This document shows positions 27,908 through 36,936 of a stretch of DNA of 64,000 nt, piece after piece. The translations under genes and the position numbers were made by a program. Location: the NCBI GenBank assembly GCA_963736005.1, contig CAVTNB010000002.1, forward strand, positions 32,001 to 96,000, in the 5' to 3' direction. This DNA is from an uncultured Pseudomonadota bacterium. Its GTDB lineage: Bacteria > Vulcanimicrobiota > Vulcanimicrobiia > Eremiobacterales > Eremiobacteraceae. Under the pieces are notes generated by a model that worked only from the letters and a program-made list of their open reading frames with translations, was not told the origin of the DNA and did not search any database. Positions within the stretch are counted from its first letter, which is position 1; every line of letters starts with the position of its first letter.

Positions 27908-29806
27908 ATGAACGATCGCGATCTTGGCATGCAGTGCCGCATCACTCGTCGAGACTTTCTCGATGGGGTCGCCGCCAGCACGTTGGGTGCTGCAGCATTC
28001 GGCTTGCTCCCAGGCTGCTCGCATGCGGGAGGCGATCGGAATACCCTAATATCCGCGTATCCACCATCCACCACCGGCTTGTGGGGACAAGACAACACAA
28101 GCTACGCCGTGATGCACAAACTTCGCGACGGACAATTCTGGCAGAATAGCGGTACGCCGCAGGCCTCGGGCGAGCACTTTGATGCTGTGATCGTGGGCGC
28201 GGGGTTGAGCGGACTCGCCTGCGCGTACTTCTACCGTCAGCAGCGACCGAACGCCAGGATCTTGCTGCTTGAGATTCGCGAGGACTTCGGCGGCCATGCC
28301 GGTCGTAACGAGTTTGTGGTCGGCGATCGCTTGCTGCTCAGCAACGCTGGTACCCAGTCGATGGAAAGTCCCGCGGAGTATCTTCCCTCGGCAGCGCGAC
28401 TCGTTCGAGAGCTTGGCATCGATGTCAATCGCTTTTACAAGTATTTCGATCAAACTCGCTACGATGGCTTAACAACCGGTCTCTTTTTTAATAAGCAGAC
28501 CTTCGGCAGAGATGTGTTGGTGGCTGGCGCGTATGCCAAACCTTGGGACGAGGTCTTCAGCGCTGCGCCGCTGCCGGACAAAGCGAAGCGGGATCTCATT
28601 CGCATCCATAGCGAGCGCATCGACTACTTGCCGCATCTCTCGATCCAGCAAAAACTAGCGTACCTCAAGACCATCTCATACGCGAACTTCATTACCCAGC
28701 ATGCACACTGCGATCCCGCCGTGCTGCCGTACCTGCAAGATCGTACGTACGATCTTTTCGGAACGGGAATCGAAGTGGTGGCCGCGTTTGACTGTTACGA
28801 CAATGGCGACGATTATGGGCTTGAGTATCCCGGGTTCCTTGGCATGGATCTCGGCCAAGGCCTGGGCACGTGGCGGCGCGCAAAGCCCCAACCATACATC
28901 TTCCACTTCCCAGATGGCAACGCGTCCATCGCGCGCCTGCTCGTTCGCTCTCTGATCCCTGAGTCAATGCCGGGTTCGACTATGGAGGATATCGTGCTCG
29001 CACGATGCGACTACTCCAAGCTCGACCTTGCGTCCAACCAAGTCCGCATCCGCCTCAACGCAACGACCGTGAAAGTTGTGCATCGCGGCAATCCCGCCAC
29101 CGCGCGCCAGGTTGACGTCACCTACGCGAGTGGCGACCGCTTGACCACGGTGTCGACTGAGCATTGCATTCTGGCGGGCTGGCACGTCGTCACGCGACTC
29201 ATCGCTCCCGAACTGCCGGCTACGCAAAAAGCATCTCTCGAATATTGCGTCAAGGAGCCCTATGTCTACACGCACGTCGCATTGAACAATTGGCGCTCGT
29301 TCTTCAAACTTGGCATTCATCAGATTCTCGCGCCCACAAGCTACCACTACTTCACGATGCTCGATTACCCGGTCGATATGGGCGGGTACCGGTCTTCAAA
29401 ATCTCCCGATGAACCTATGATCCTCTTCATGCTGCGCTGCCCAACCAAACGCGGATTGCCGCCGCGCGACCAGTATCGGGCTGGACGCTGGGAACTCTTT
29501 CGAACGTCTTTTGCAACGATCGAACGCAATATCAGAGCGCAGCTTGCGACGATGCTCTCTGGCGCGGGTTTCGATCCGGCACGCGACATCGCTGGCATTA
29601 CCGTCAACCGCTGGTCGCACGGGTACGCCTACGAATACGACAAGTCACTGTGGGAACACGCCCCAGTTGGCCAACGGCCGTGCGATTTCGCGAAGAAGCC
29701 GCTCGGACGCATTGCGATTGCCAATTCCGATTCCAGCGGCGCCGCATACACAGACACCGCGATCGACGAGGGCTATCGGGCGGTCAACGAGGTGTTGCGC
29801 TCGTAG
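27908..29806 (+). CDS. spdH: Spermidine dehydrogenase-like FAD oxidoreductase, Tat-exported
   Basis: DRDLGM..ITRRDFLDGVA, FGGHAGRNEF, FHFPDGNASIARLL and DPARDIAGITVNRWSHGYAYEY motifs. Confidence 0.82.
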   Translation: MNDRDLGMQCRITRRDFLDGVAASTLGAAAFGLLPGCSHAGGDRNTLISAYPPSTTGLWGQDNTSYAVMHKLRDGQFWQNSGTPQASGEHFDAVIVGAGLSGLACAYFYRQQRPNARILLLEIREDFGGHAGRNEFVVGDRLLLSNAGTQSMESPAEYLPSAARLVRELGIDVNRFYKYFDQTRYDGLTTGLFFNKQTFGRDVLVAGAYAKPWDEVFSAAPLPDKAKRDLIRIHSERIDYLPHLSIQQKLAYLKTISYANFITQHAHCDPAVLPYLQDRTYDLFGTGIEVVAAFDCYDNGDDYGLEYPGFLGMDLGQGLGTWRRAKPQPYIFHFPDGNASIARLLVRSLIPESMPGSTMEDIVLARCDYSKLDLASNQVRIRLNATTVKVVHRGNPATARQVDVTYASGDRLTTVSTEHCILAGWHVVTRLIAPELPATQKASLEYCVKEPYVYTHVALNNWRSFFKLGIHQILAPTSYHYFTMLDYPVDMGGYRSSKSPDEPMILFMLRCPTKRGLPPRDQYRAGRWELFRTSFATIERNIRAQLATMLSGAGFDPARDIAGITVNRWSHGYAYEYDKSLWEHAPVGQRPCDFAKKPLGRIAIANSDSSGAAYTDTAIDEGYRAVNEVLRS

Positions 29807-30257
29807 GCGTGGTCGTTCCAACCAATTGCATGGATTGAAGTTGTATCATTGTGGTGTTCTTGATGCTGATAATCGTCACTTGTTTCTGATCGGATTTGTC
29901 GAAGAACTGAAACGCTACGTCTTTCGCAAAGCCCATCGGAATCACCATACGTCGCGCAGTTTTTGGTAAACGCTGGGCGTAGAAGTTGACGACGCGATCC
30001 ATATCGTCGTTCGTTATAAGGCTGACGGAGAGCGAATGGACGTGCGCGGATGCGATTCCCTGGTCGATTTGCGCTGCGTTTTCCGCCCTCGCACCTGGAT
30101 AGACAGGCAGGCCAATCTGCTCAAGTACTTGATGCGTTGGCCGAACAGGGTTCGCGTGCATCGAGCACCCAGCCACCGCCAACACGAACACCCCTGCAAG
30201 CCCTTGTAGTATTCGACTCACCGGATTCTTGGAATCTTGATCGTCTGACCGTCGCAC
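29784..30257 (-). CDS. Putative lipoprotein
   Basis: LAVAGC lipobox; GLPVYPGA motif. True start may be downstream of 30257. Confidence 0.65.
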   Translation of the reverse strand: MRRSDDQDSKNPVSRILQGLAGVFVLAVAGCSMHANPVRPTHQVLEQIGLPVYPGARAENAAQIDQGIASAHVHSLSVSLITNDDMDRVVNFYAQRLPKTARRMVIPMGFAKDVAFQFFDKSDQKQVTIISIKNTTMIQLQSMQLVGTTTPTSATPR

Positions 30258-30952
30258 TGCTTATAGATGTAGCCGATGACTTTGCCGCTTGCATCGCGAT
30301 AAAAAGTACCGACGCCCAGGTCATCTGATTGCTCGGTCTCTTCCGGCCCGACAAAGTAAAGCGGATCGGGTGGCCCGTCGAGAGCGGAATACAACACTCG
30401 CCCACGCACCGTCATATATTCTTCCATGCCCGGCGCCCACTGATAGGTACCAACGTATTGTTCGAGATTCTTCGGAAATTCGATGGGGCGGGCATAGTTG
30501 ATCTGAAGCGGAGTCACCTGCGCGCGGATCGCCACCCACCGTCCGTCTTCTTTCGCGAAAATCTCGGTTCGTTCGTAGCTATAAATCACTTTGCCACCCG
30601 GAAAGTAGTCGGTCTCTCCCTGCTTTCCGGTAACGATCGCCACACCGGCGACGAACTGGACTGTCGGCGATGAAATCCAATTAGCTGTGGCGGGAACAGG
30701 ACGATGCGCCGGGGGAAGGTTTGCAGCTTTCCCGCTCACCAGGCCGTCATCGCTAATGCGTTCATACGTAGCAGACGTGTCGCGGCTCCACGTCACCTTG
30801 TCGCTAGCGTTAAAGGCCACGAAGCGTTCGCGGCTCACGTCCAAGACGGCCTGCGTCTCGTCGGTCGCTGCGACGACGGGCGCCAGCGCCGCGTGATTCC
30901 AACCGAGGACAAAAAGAGAAATCGCAATAGTCGGCCATGCAAAGTTGCGCAT
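30218..30952 (-). CDS. Secreted NTF2-like (DUF4440-type) protein with C-terminal beta domain
   Basis: Signal peptide; TEIFAKEDGRWVAIRAQ NTF2-like end; LEQYVGTY; GGAGG RBS. Confidence 0.7.
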   Translation of the reverse strand: MRNFAWPTIAISLFVLGWNHAALAPVVAATDETQAVLDVSRERFVAFNASDKVTWSRDTSATYERISDDGLVSGKAANLPPAHRPVPATANWISSPTVQFVAGVAIVTGKQGETDYFPGGKVIYSYERTEIFAKEDGRWVAIRAQVTPLQINYARPIEFPKNLEQYVGTYQWAPGMEEYMTVRGRVLYSALDGPPDPLYFVGPEETEQSDDLGVGTFYRDASGKVIGYIYKQCDGQTIKIPRIR

Positions 30953-30985
30953 GCGAAACCTCCATCGGCGCTTCTTGGACGGGGT

Positions 30986-32500
30986 CTAGATGGACGTTCT
31001 GGCCACGCTCCGCAAGTCCCTTATGCGCAATTCCTTCATCTGCGTATCCAACCCCAAGTTCACTTCCACTTGGGCGAGCGGCAGCACTTCGATGCGGTTG
31101 GGCACAATCTCGATCGCTGCCAGCAAACGCGACGAGATCTGCTGCTTGACGCCATCGGCGTCAACGCCGGGTCGCAACGCAATATAGAGCAGAAGCTCGT
31201 CAAGATCATTTGGGTCGTCGTTGTGCTTCTTCACCACTAACTGCCATTCGATCACCTCGTTCGTCTGCGCCATGATTGGTAAGAACTCGTTGAGATCGAC
31301 GAGCGTACCCCGTATTTTTGTGAGGCGGAATTCGCCGACGTCCGAGCGCCGCGAAATAACGCTCGAGATACGCGGCACGATTCTTCCACAGCCCGGACAC
31401 GGATCATACACGATTCCTCCATCAGCGATGTCGCCCGTTCGATAACGAAGCACGCACGAACCCCGGCCGCTCAAGCTCGAGTACACGATCTCACCGCGCT
31501 CGCCGGGAGCAACCGGTTCCCCAGAGTCTGGATTGATGATTTCGAAAACGTCAAATTCGGGATACGTGTGGTAGCCGTACGACATCTCCGGGCTCGGCGG
31601 CGTGCACTCAGCCCATGCGTGCCGAGCTTCGGTAAACCCATACACGCCGTGCACGACGACATCTTTAGCGCCCATGAGATCGCACAGTGCGATGAGCCGG
31701 GCCTTGAGCGCGGAAGGCACTCGTTCTGCTCCGAGCGCAATGAATCGCAGCTCCTTCAGTTGCATACCCTGCTCGTACGCCTGACGCAACATGTGGTAGA
31801 CGTAGCCCGGCACGCCGATCAGCATCGCCGGCTGCAACCGTTCCAGCGCCGCGATGTTCCCCGCCGTGCCCATGACTTTGCCACCGCCCGTATGCACGAT
31901 AAGCATCGTCATCGCTTGCCCAACAGCAAACGTTTGCCAAAATGCGAGGTGCGGCGCGAAGGGAAAGACGTTGAGCCCTCGATCCCCGGGTTTGATCCCA
32001 CACAATTCAATGAGGCGCTTGCCAACGATGTGCAAGCGCTCGAAGTCCATCGATGCGTAAAGAAACTGGGTCGCAAGCGACGTGCGTCCGGTCGTGAAAG
32101 TCACGTGCACCGGAGAATATTCAAGCTCCAGCCTGCGCTTCACCGCCTCGCGGCCACGAGCTAACCTCTCGAGGAGAAGCTTGACAGCGACCTGCCGCGG
32201 CGCGAAATGACGGATTGCCTCTTCGCTTGGCTGCAGAACGAAATCGAGTGGGCGTTGCGGGTTTTCCGGTGTGGGTGCAACGTCGTGTTTGGTCGTAAAG
32301 GGCAGATGCCGCAAGTCTCCCACGCTGCGAATCGAGCTCGGCCTAATTCGATGTTGATCGAAAAGCTTGCGATAGAACGGGCTAAATGGGTAGAGCTGCT
32401 CGGTAATAAACCGGTGCAGTAACACATCGCGTTCGGCTTGCCAGTCTCGCCATGGACGTGTCGGGCGCCACTGCGGTGTGGCGCGCAGATTCTCGAGCAC
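30986..32500 (-). CDS. Phenylacetate-CoA ligase (PaaK)-like AMP-binding protein
   Basis: SPFYRKLF, LPFTTK, FTTGRT, YGFTE and LRYRTGD motifs; start approximate. Confidence 0.85.
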   Translation of the reverse strand: MLENLRATPQWRPTRPWRDWQAERDVLLHRFITEQLYPFSPFYRKLFDQHRIRPSSIRSVGDLRHLPFTTKHDVAPTPENPQRPLDFVLQPSEEAIRHFAPRQVAVKLLLERLARGREAVKRRLELEYSPVHVTFTTGRTSLATQFLYASMDFERLHIVGKRLIELCGIKPGDRGLNVFPFAPHLAFWQTFAVGQAMTMLIVHTGGGKVMGTAGNIAALERLQPAMLIGVPGYVYHMLRQAYEQGMQLKELRFIALGAERVPSALKARLIALCDLMGAKDVVVHGVYGFTEARHAWAECTPPSPEMSYGYHTYPEFDVFEIINPDSGEPVAPGERGEIVYSSLSGRGSCVLRYRTGDIADGGIVYDPCPGCGRIVPRISSVISRRSDVGEFRLTKIRGTLVDLNEFLPIMAQTNEVIEWQLVVKKHNDDPNDLDELLLYIALRPGVDADGVKQQISSRLLAAIEIVPNRIEVLPLAQVEVNLGLDTQMKELRIRDLRSVARTSI

Positions 32501-32589
32501 GCGTTGGTATTGTGCGCACCGCTCGGCACGCCCTGGGTAGGAGCGCGGCGAGCTCGCGCGCAAGGGACGACAACCGCCTTGAGGAGGTC

Positions 32590-33768
32590 ATGTCGATGAC
32601 GACCGTCGCTGCCGCACCTGAAGCATTGAATTTCGAACTTCCCGAAGATCTCAAACTGCTCAAACGCTCGCTCCGTGAGTTTGTCGAAAAAGAACTGTGG
32701 CCACTCACAGATCAAGTTGAAGAGTCAGATGAGATTCCGAAAACCGCCATCGACAAAATGCGGGAGATGGGACTCTTTGGCTTGCCCTTTGCCGAAGAAT
32801 ATGGCGGCGCGGGCATCGGCGAGCTAGGCTATTGCGTGGCCCTTGAAGAGTTCGGTCGCGCCAGCGCGGCATTCTCGAATCTTCTCGGTGCGCATTGCAG
32901 CATCGGCGCCATGGCCGTGCACCTGGATGGCAGCAAGGAGCTCAAAGCTCGTTACATGCCCAAGCTCTGCACCGGCGAGAAGCTTGCGTGTTTTGCGCTT
33001 TCCGAACCGGGCGCCGGATCTGATGCAGCAAATATTACGACCTCGGCAAAGCGCGATGGGGACAGCTACGTTCTCAATGGCGTCAAACATTTTATTACGA
33101 GCGGTGATATCGCGGATTTCGCGAGCGTCTTCGCGGTGACCGATCCGGCGCTGGGTACTCGCGGGGGCATCACCGCATTGTGGGTCGACCTCAATGCGCC
33201 GGGCGTGACGCGTGGACCCAAAGACCGCAAGATGGGCCTGTATGGCAGCCACACCTGCGAACTCATTTTCCAAGACGCCAAAGTGCCAGCTGACCACGTC
33301 ATTGGAAAAGTCGGCACGGGCTTTGTCACCGCAATGAAGACGTTGGATATGGGCCGTTTGTCATTGGGAGCAGGCTGCGTCGGCAGTTCGCAGTTCATGC
33401 TCGACAAGTCGATCGCGTATGCAAAAGAACGGGTTCAGTTCGGCAAGCCGATCGCCAAGCAGCAAGCAGTGCAGTTCATGCTCGCCGACATGGCGACGGA
33501 GATCTTCGCTGCGCGTAATATGGTCTACCATGGCGCATGGAAGGCGGACCGAGGCGAGCGTTTCAGCATGGAGGCCGCCATGGCCAAGCGGTACTGCTCG
33601 GATATGGCTATCCACGTTGTTGACCGGACGCTGCAGATTCACGGCGGCAGCGGATTCATGAAGGAAACCGGTATCGAGCGAGTCTACCGCGATTCGCGCA
33701 TTCTCGCCATTTACGAGGGGACGAACGAAATCCAGCGCATGATCATCGCCGAAGAGTTGTTAAAGTAG
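32590..33768 (+). CDS. Acyl-CoA dehydrogenase
   Basis: FALSEPGAGSD, R.QFGKPI, QIHGG and IYEGTNEIQR motifs; GAGGAGG RBS. Confidence 0.95.
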   Translation: MSMTTVAAAPEALNFELPEDLKLLKRSLREFVEKELWPLTDQVEESDEIPKTAIDKMREMGLFGLPFAEEYGGAGIGELGYCVALEEFGRASAAFSNLLGAHCSIGAMAVHLDGSKELKARYMPKLCTGEKLACFALSEPGAGSDAANITTSAKRDGDSYVLNGVKHFITSGDIADFASVFAVTDPALGTRGGITALWVDLNAPGVTRGPKDRKMGLYGSHTCELIFQDAKVPADHVIGKVGTGFVTAMKTLDMGRLSLGAGCVGSSQFMLDKSIAYAKERVQFGKPIAKQQAVQFMLADMATEIFAARNMVYHGAWKADRGERFSMEAAMAKRYCSDMAIHVVDRTLQIHGGSGFMKETGIERVYRDSRILAIYEGTNEIQRMIIAEELLK

Positions 33769-33769
33769 A

Positions 33770-34027
33770 TTATTTGGCGGCGGGAGCGAGGACGGTGATT
33801 GCGATCAGGCCGCCGACAATCGATACCGTGAAGATCACAAGGAATGCCCAGACAAAGACGCGGTACATTGCGTCCTTTTGCCGTTTCGTCATACGACGCA
33901 GGCCACTGCTCCACGACTTGCCCTTGGACGTCGGACGTTGCTTGCCTGACGGTGTGCGACCATTGCTCGGCTTGACGACGGTGCTTTTCACTTTTTCCTC
34001 TTGCGCGGACTTGTGGGTTTTGCCCAC
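33770..34027 (-). CDS. Small protein with basic N-terminus and C-terminal TM helix
   Basis: Overlaps the end of rsfS; VFVWAFLVIFTVSIVGGLIAI TM segment. Confidence 0.6.
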   Translation of the reverse strand: MGKTHKSAQEEKVKSTVVKPSNGRTPSGKQRPTSKGKSWSSGLRRMTKRQKDAMYRVFVWAFLVIFTVSIVGGLIAITVLAPAAK

Positions 34028-34458
34028 AGCCGCTCCAAATTGTAGAATTCGCGCGCGGCTGGCGTGAAGACATGAACGATCACCGAACCGTAGTCAACCA
34101 ATATCCAATTCCCGTCGTTATACCCTTCCGTTCGAACGGGTGCTCCATACTTCATTTCTGATGCTTCCACGACGCTGTCAGCAATGGCGCGTACTTGAAT
34201 CACCGAGCGTCCCGTAGCGAGGACGAAATAATCCGCAAAGTTCGCACGACCACGAATATCGATCAGCGCCACATTCTCAGCCTTTTTCTCGATTGCAGCC
34301 TCGCGGCAGCGTTGGGCCAGATCGTTGACTTCCCGGTCAGTCAGGAGTGTCACGTGCTCGCGCGTGGACGCGATGCCATTGCTTCGTAATGGCGTTACGG
34401 CGAGCGAGAGCGCTTTGCGACCCGTTGCCGGCTCGCGCTTTTTAGGTGCGCGCTTCAC
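33988..34458 (-). CDS. rsfS: Ribosome silencing factor
   Basis: KKAENV..DI, ADYFVLATGRS..QVRAI and WILVDYGSVIVHVF...REFYNLERLW motifs. Confidence 0.93.
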   Translation of the reverse strand: MKRAPKKREPATGRKALSLAVTPLRSNGIASTREHVTLLTDREVNDLAQRCREAAIEKKAENVALIDIRGRANFADYFVLATGRSVIQVRAIADSVVEASEMKYGAPVRTEGYNDGNWILVDYGSVIVHVFTPAAREFYNLERLWAKPTSPRKRKK

Positions 34459-35065
34459 GCCGCTCCACCAATTGCTGATGCAGCACGAGCGTCAACGGCG
34501 CAACCACGATGCCATTGCTCTTCAAGTGTTCCATCGAAGATTCGATGCACGCCAACATTCCCTCATCGAGCGAACGGTCTGCCGCCTGCTCGAGCGTAGC
34601 GCGACCGGCAAAAGTGCGAGATGGTTCTATTGTGTCTGCAATATAGAGAATCTTTTGAAGATCCGACATGCCCGTGACGGCCACCGTGTGCCGCTCGATG
34701 GCTGCTAGCATATCGGGGTCGTTGATGCCGAAGCGATCGTGCGCGATATGGGCGCCGATGCGCGAGTGCAACAAAACCGGCGCGCGGCGCTCCGCTTCCG
34801 AGATCGGCACGTCGTGCGCCCGCGCGTAGTCGAAGAGCTCGTCTGCAGTCCACATGCGCGCGATGTCATGAATCAATGCCGCCACGCGGGCCTTTCGCGG
34901 CGAGCTGCCATATCGGCGAGCCAGGCGCTCGGCGGTTCTCGCAACCCCGAGGACGTGTCGATATCGGTCTTTGGGCAAATGTTCCCGTACGGCGCGGCAG
35001 ATGGCGAGTAGTTCGCTGGCTCCAGTGGGTCCGCAGTCATCCCGGGCGACGGGTTGATTCAGCAA
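34442..35065 (-). CDS. yqeK: HD-domain Ap4A hydrolase
   Basis: RYRHVLGV, LIHDIA, LLHSRIGA, HT and YIADTIEPSR motifs. Confidence 0.9.
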   Translation of the reverse strand: MLNQPVARDDCGPTGASELLAICRAVREHLPKDRYRHVLGVARTAERLARRYGSSPRKARVAALIHDIARMWTADELFDYARAHDVPISEAERRAPVLLHSRIGAHIAHDRFGINDPDMLAAIERHTVAVTGMSDLQKILYIADTIEPSRTFAGRATLEQAADRSLDEGMLACIESSMEHLKSNGIVVAPLTLVLHQQLVERREART

Positions 35066-35571
35066 AGGCTCTCTTTCAGGGCTCTAAGTCGGTTTTGATA
35101 GATTTCGCCTTTGAGATTCCCGGCCCACATGACGAGCGCGTTCTCATCGTTGTCCGAATAGTAGCCTCGCCGAGTGCTGACGATGGTGAAGCCATACTTC
35201 TTATAAAGGTTCTGTGCTGCCACGTTCGACTCGCGCACTTCGAGCGTGATCCAGCGGGCGCCGCGCTCGATAGCTTCATCGATGAGGCGGATGAGGATTT
35301 GCTCGCCGAAGCGCTTTCGTTGGTACGTGGGTTCCACAGCAACCGTCGTGATATGCGCATCTTCCAGAATGACCCACAGGCCTCCGTAGCCCACGATGCG
35401 ATCGTCGAAGCGTCCGACGAAATAATGGGCGAGTTTATTATCGTTGAGCTCGTTGTGGAAAGCGTTGCGCGGCCACGGGGTGGTGAAGCACAGCGACTCA
35501 ACGTGCAACACCCTTGGAATGTCCTCGTTTTCCATGCGAGCGAGATCGAGGGTGCGCGGCGGGGCCTTCAT
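35059..35571 (-). CDS. rimI: Ribosomal protein S18 alanine N-acetyltransferase
   Basis: AHITTVAV and TLEVRESN..AQNLY.KYGF...RRGYY...EnALVM motifs. Confidence 0.93.
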   Translation of the reverse strand: MKAPPRTLDLARMENEDIPRVLHVESLCFTTPWPRNAFHNELNDNKLAHYFVGRFDDRIVGYGGLWVILEDAHITTVAVEPTYQRKRFGEQILIRLIDEAIERGARWITLEVRESNVAAQNLYKKYGFTIVSTRRGYYSDNDENALVMWAGNLKGEIYQNRLRALKESLC

Positions 35572-36257
35572 TGCGTCGTTGGTTCGCGGGCCAAAACTTC
35601 CGGCCCCCCTTGCGCGGACGCCCGGCGTTGCTCAAAACGTATGACCGCATTAGGTCGTTGGCCATAATCGATTGCGATGTTCGCCCAGGTCCGTTCCATT
35701 CCGAGTTCGAGCGCCCGGCGGGCAAGCTTGGCGACCGCTAAGGCAGCTTCACCCGGCGTGCGAACATTGAAATCCGGACCTACGATGGCGGCGGAGCGCG
35801 AAAAGCTGTGGGCCGCTTGCTCGATCGCCTCGCGACCTCCTTGCATGTAGTGGGGCGCTGAGTCTGAGTGGTCCATGGTGCGCGCGTAGTAGTATCCCAC
35901 CTTTCCGCGAGCGACGCTCACAAGCGGATAGGTCTGAACGCCAAAGGCGGCCACGTCGTATGACGAAACGCCAACGATTGGCACATCGCGCGCTTGTGCA
36001 AGACTTGTTGCAAATGCCACGCCTATCCGCAGGCCGGTAAATGACCCCGGACCCGTGCAAACCCCGATCAAGGAAAGGTCGGCAAGCGTCCCCTTGACTT
36101 CTTTGATACTGCGCGTGACAAGTTCAAGGAGAGATTCCAGCGCCGCGTCTTCGCTCGCGGCAGCCGTTTCCCGATCCCCTTGAAGCGCCGCCACTTCAAC
36201 GCCCGACGCAGTATAGATTGCCAGCACCATGCTCGTGGGATTGTCCGCTTCGCTCAC
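35568..36257 (-). CDS. tsaB: tRNA t6A biosynthesis protein TsaB
   Basis: GPGSFTGLRIG motif; lies between tsaE and rimI. Confidence 0.88.
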   Translation of the reverse strand: MSEADNPTSMVLAIYTASGVEVAALQGDRETAAASEDAALESLLELVTRSIKEVKGTLADLSLIGVCTGPGSFTGLRIGVAFATSLAQARDVPIVGVSSYDVAAFGVQTYPLVSVARGKVGYYYARTMDHSDSAPHYMQGGREAIEQAAHSFSRSAAIVGPDFNVRTPGEAALAVAKLARRALELGMERTWANIAIDYGQRPNAVIRFEQRRASAQGGPEVLAREPTTQ

Positions 36258-36264
36258 TGGACCT

Positions 36265-36316
36265 GTAGCGGGCGATTGGAAAATCGCCCCACGTACTAGC
36301 GGACCTTAGGTCCGCT
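36265..36316 (+). repeat. Two REP palindromes between tsaE and tsaB
   Basis: GTAGCGGGCGATT..AATCGCCC and AGCGGACCT-T-AGGTCCGCT; the tsaE TAA lies in the second hairpin. Confidence 0.85.
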
Positions 36317-36788
36317 TCCTTTGGAAGGCTTCGAGCAGCGAGCGCGAGCGCGGACCTCCGGCTTTCAGGAAAGCGCGCCTCGCCTCGCCTTCGATCGTCA
36401 ACTCGATGTCGAGGGCGTCACTCGGCCAGAAATTAAAAGCCCGTTCGGGCCACTCGCACAGGGTAATGGCAGTTTCGCTGAGGTATTGCGAAAGATCAAG
36501 CTCCGCCACTTGCCTTTCGTCTTCCATGCGGTAAAGATCCAGATGCCACACGGGATGCCTGCCGCCCTCATGTGAATGGGCGATAACAAACGTTGGACTC
36601 GTGGCAGACTGAGCGCCGAGCGCTTTGACAAACCCGTCAACGAGCGTGGTCTTGCCTGCGCCGAGCGGGCCTCGTAGAAGAATGACGGTACTAGGCTCAC
36701 ATACCGCTGCGAGCCGAGCACCGAGCTCGCGTGTTGCCGCGGGTTCGGCCAGCGTCACCGAGACCGTTGTCGCATCAGCCATCACCAT
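36306..36788 (-). CDS. tsaE: tRNA t6A ATPase TsaE
   Basis: GPLGAGKTT, TSPTF, HLDLYR and EW motifs. Confidence 0.95.
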   Translation of the reverse strand: MVMADATTVSVTLAEPAATRELGARLAAVCEPSTVILLRGPLGAGKTTLVDGFVKALGAQSATSPTFVIAHSHEGGRHPVWHLDLYRMEDERQVAELDLSQYLSETAITLCEWPERAFNFWPSDALDIELTIEGEARRAFLKAGGPRSRSLLEAFQRKRT

Positions 36789-36936
36789 CTTCGCTTACTT
36801 CAGCATCTACAAAACCCTCTCGGAGGGCGTTTTGGCGGGAGGCTAGCGCGCACGCAGCGAACTTTCTGATGTTAAGATTTTTCCTACTTCCAGTAGGGCC
36901 GATTGTCAAATCGCCCGTTGAGGAGACGTCCGGAAT

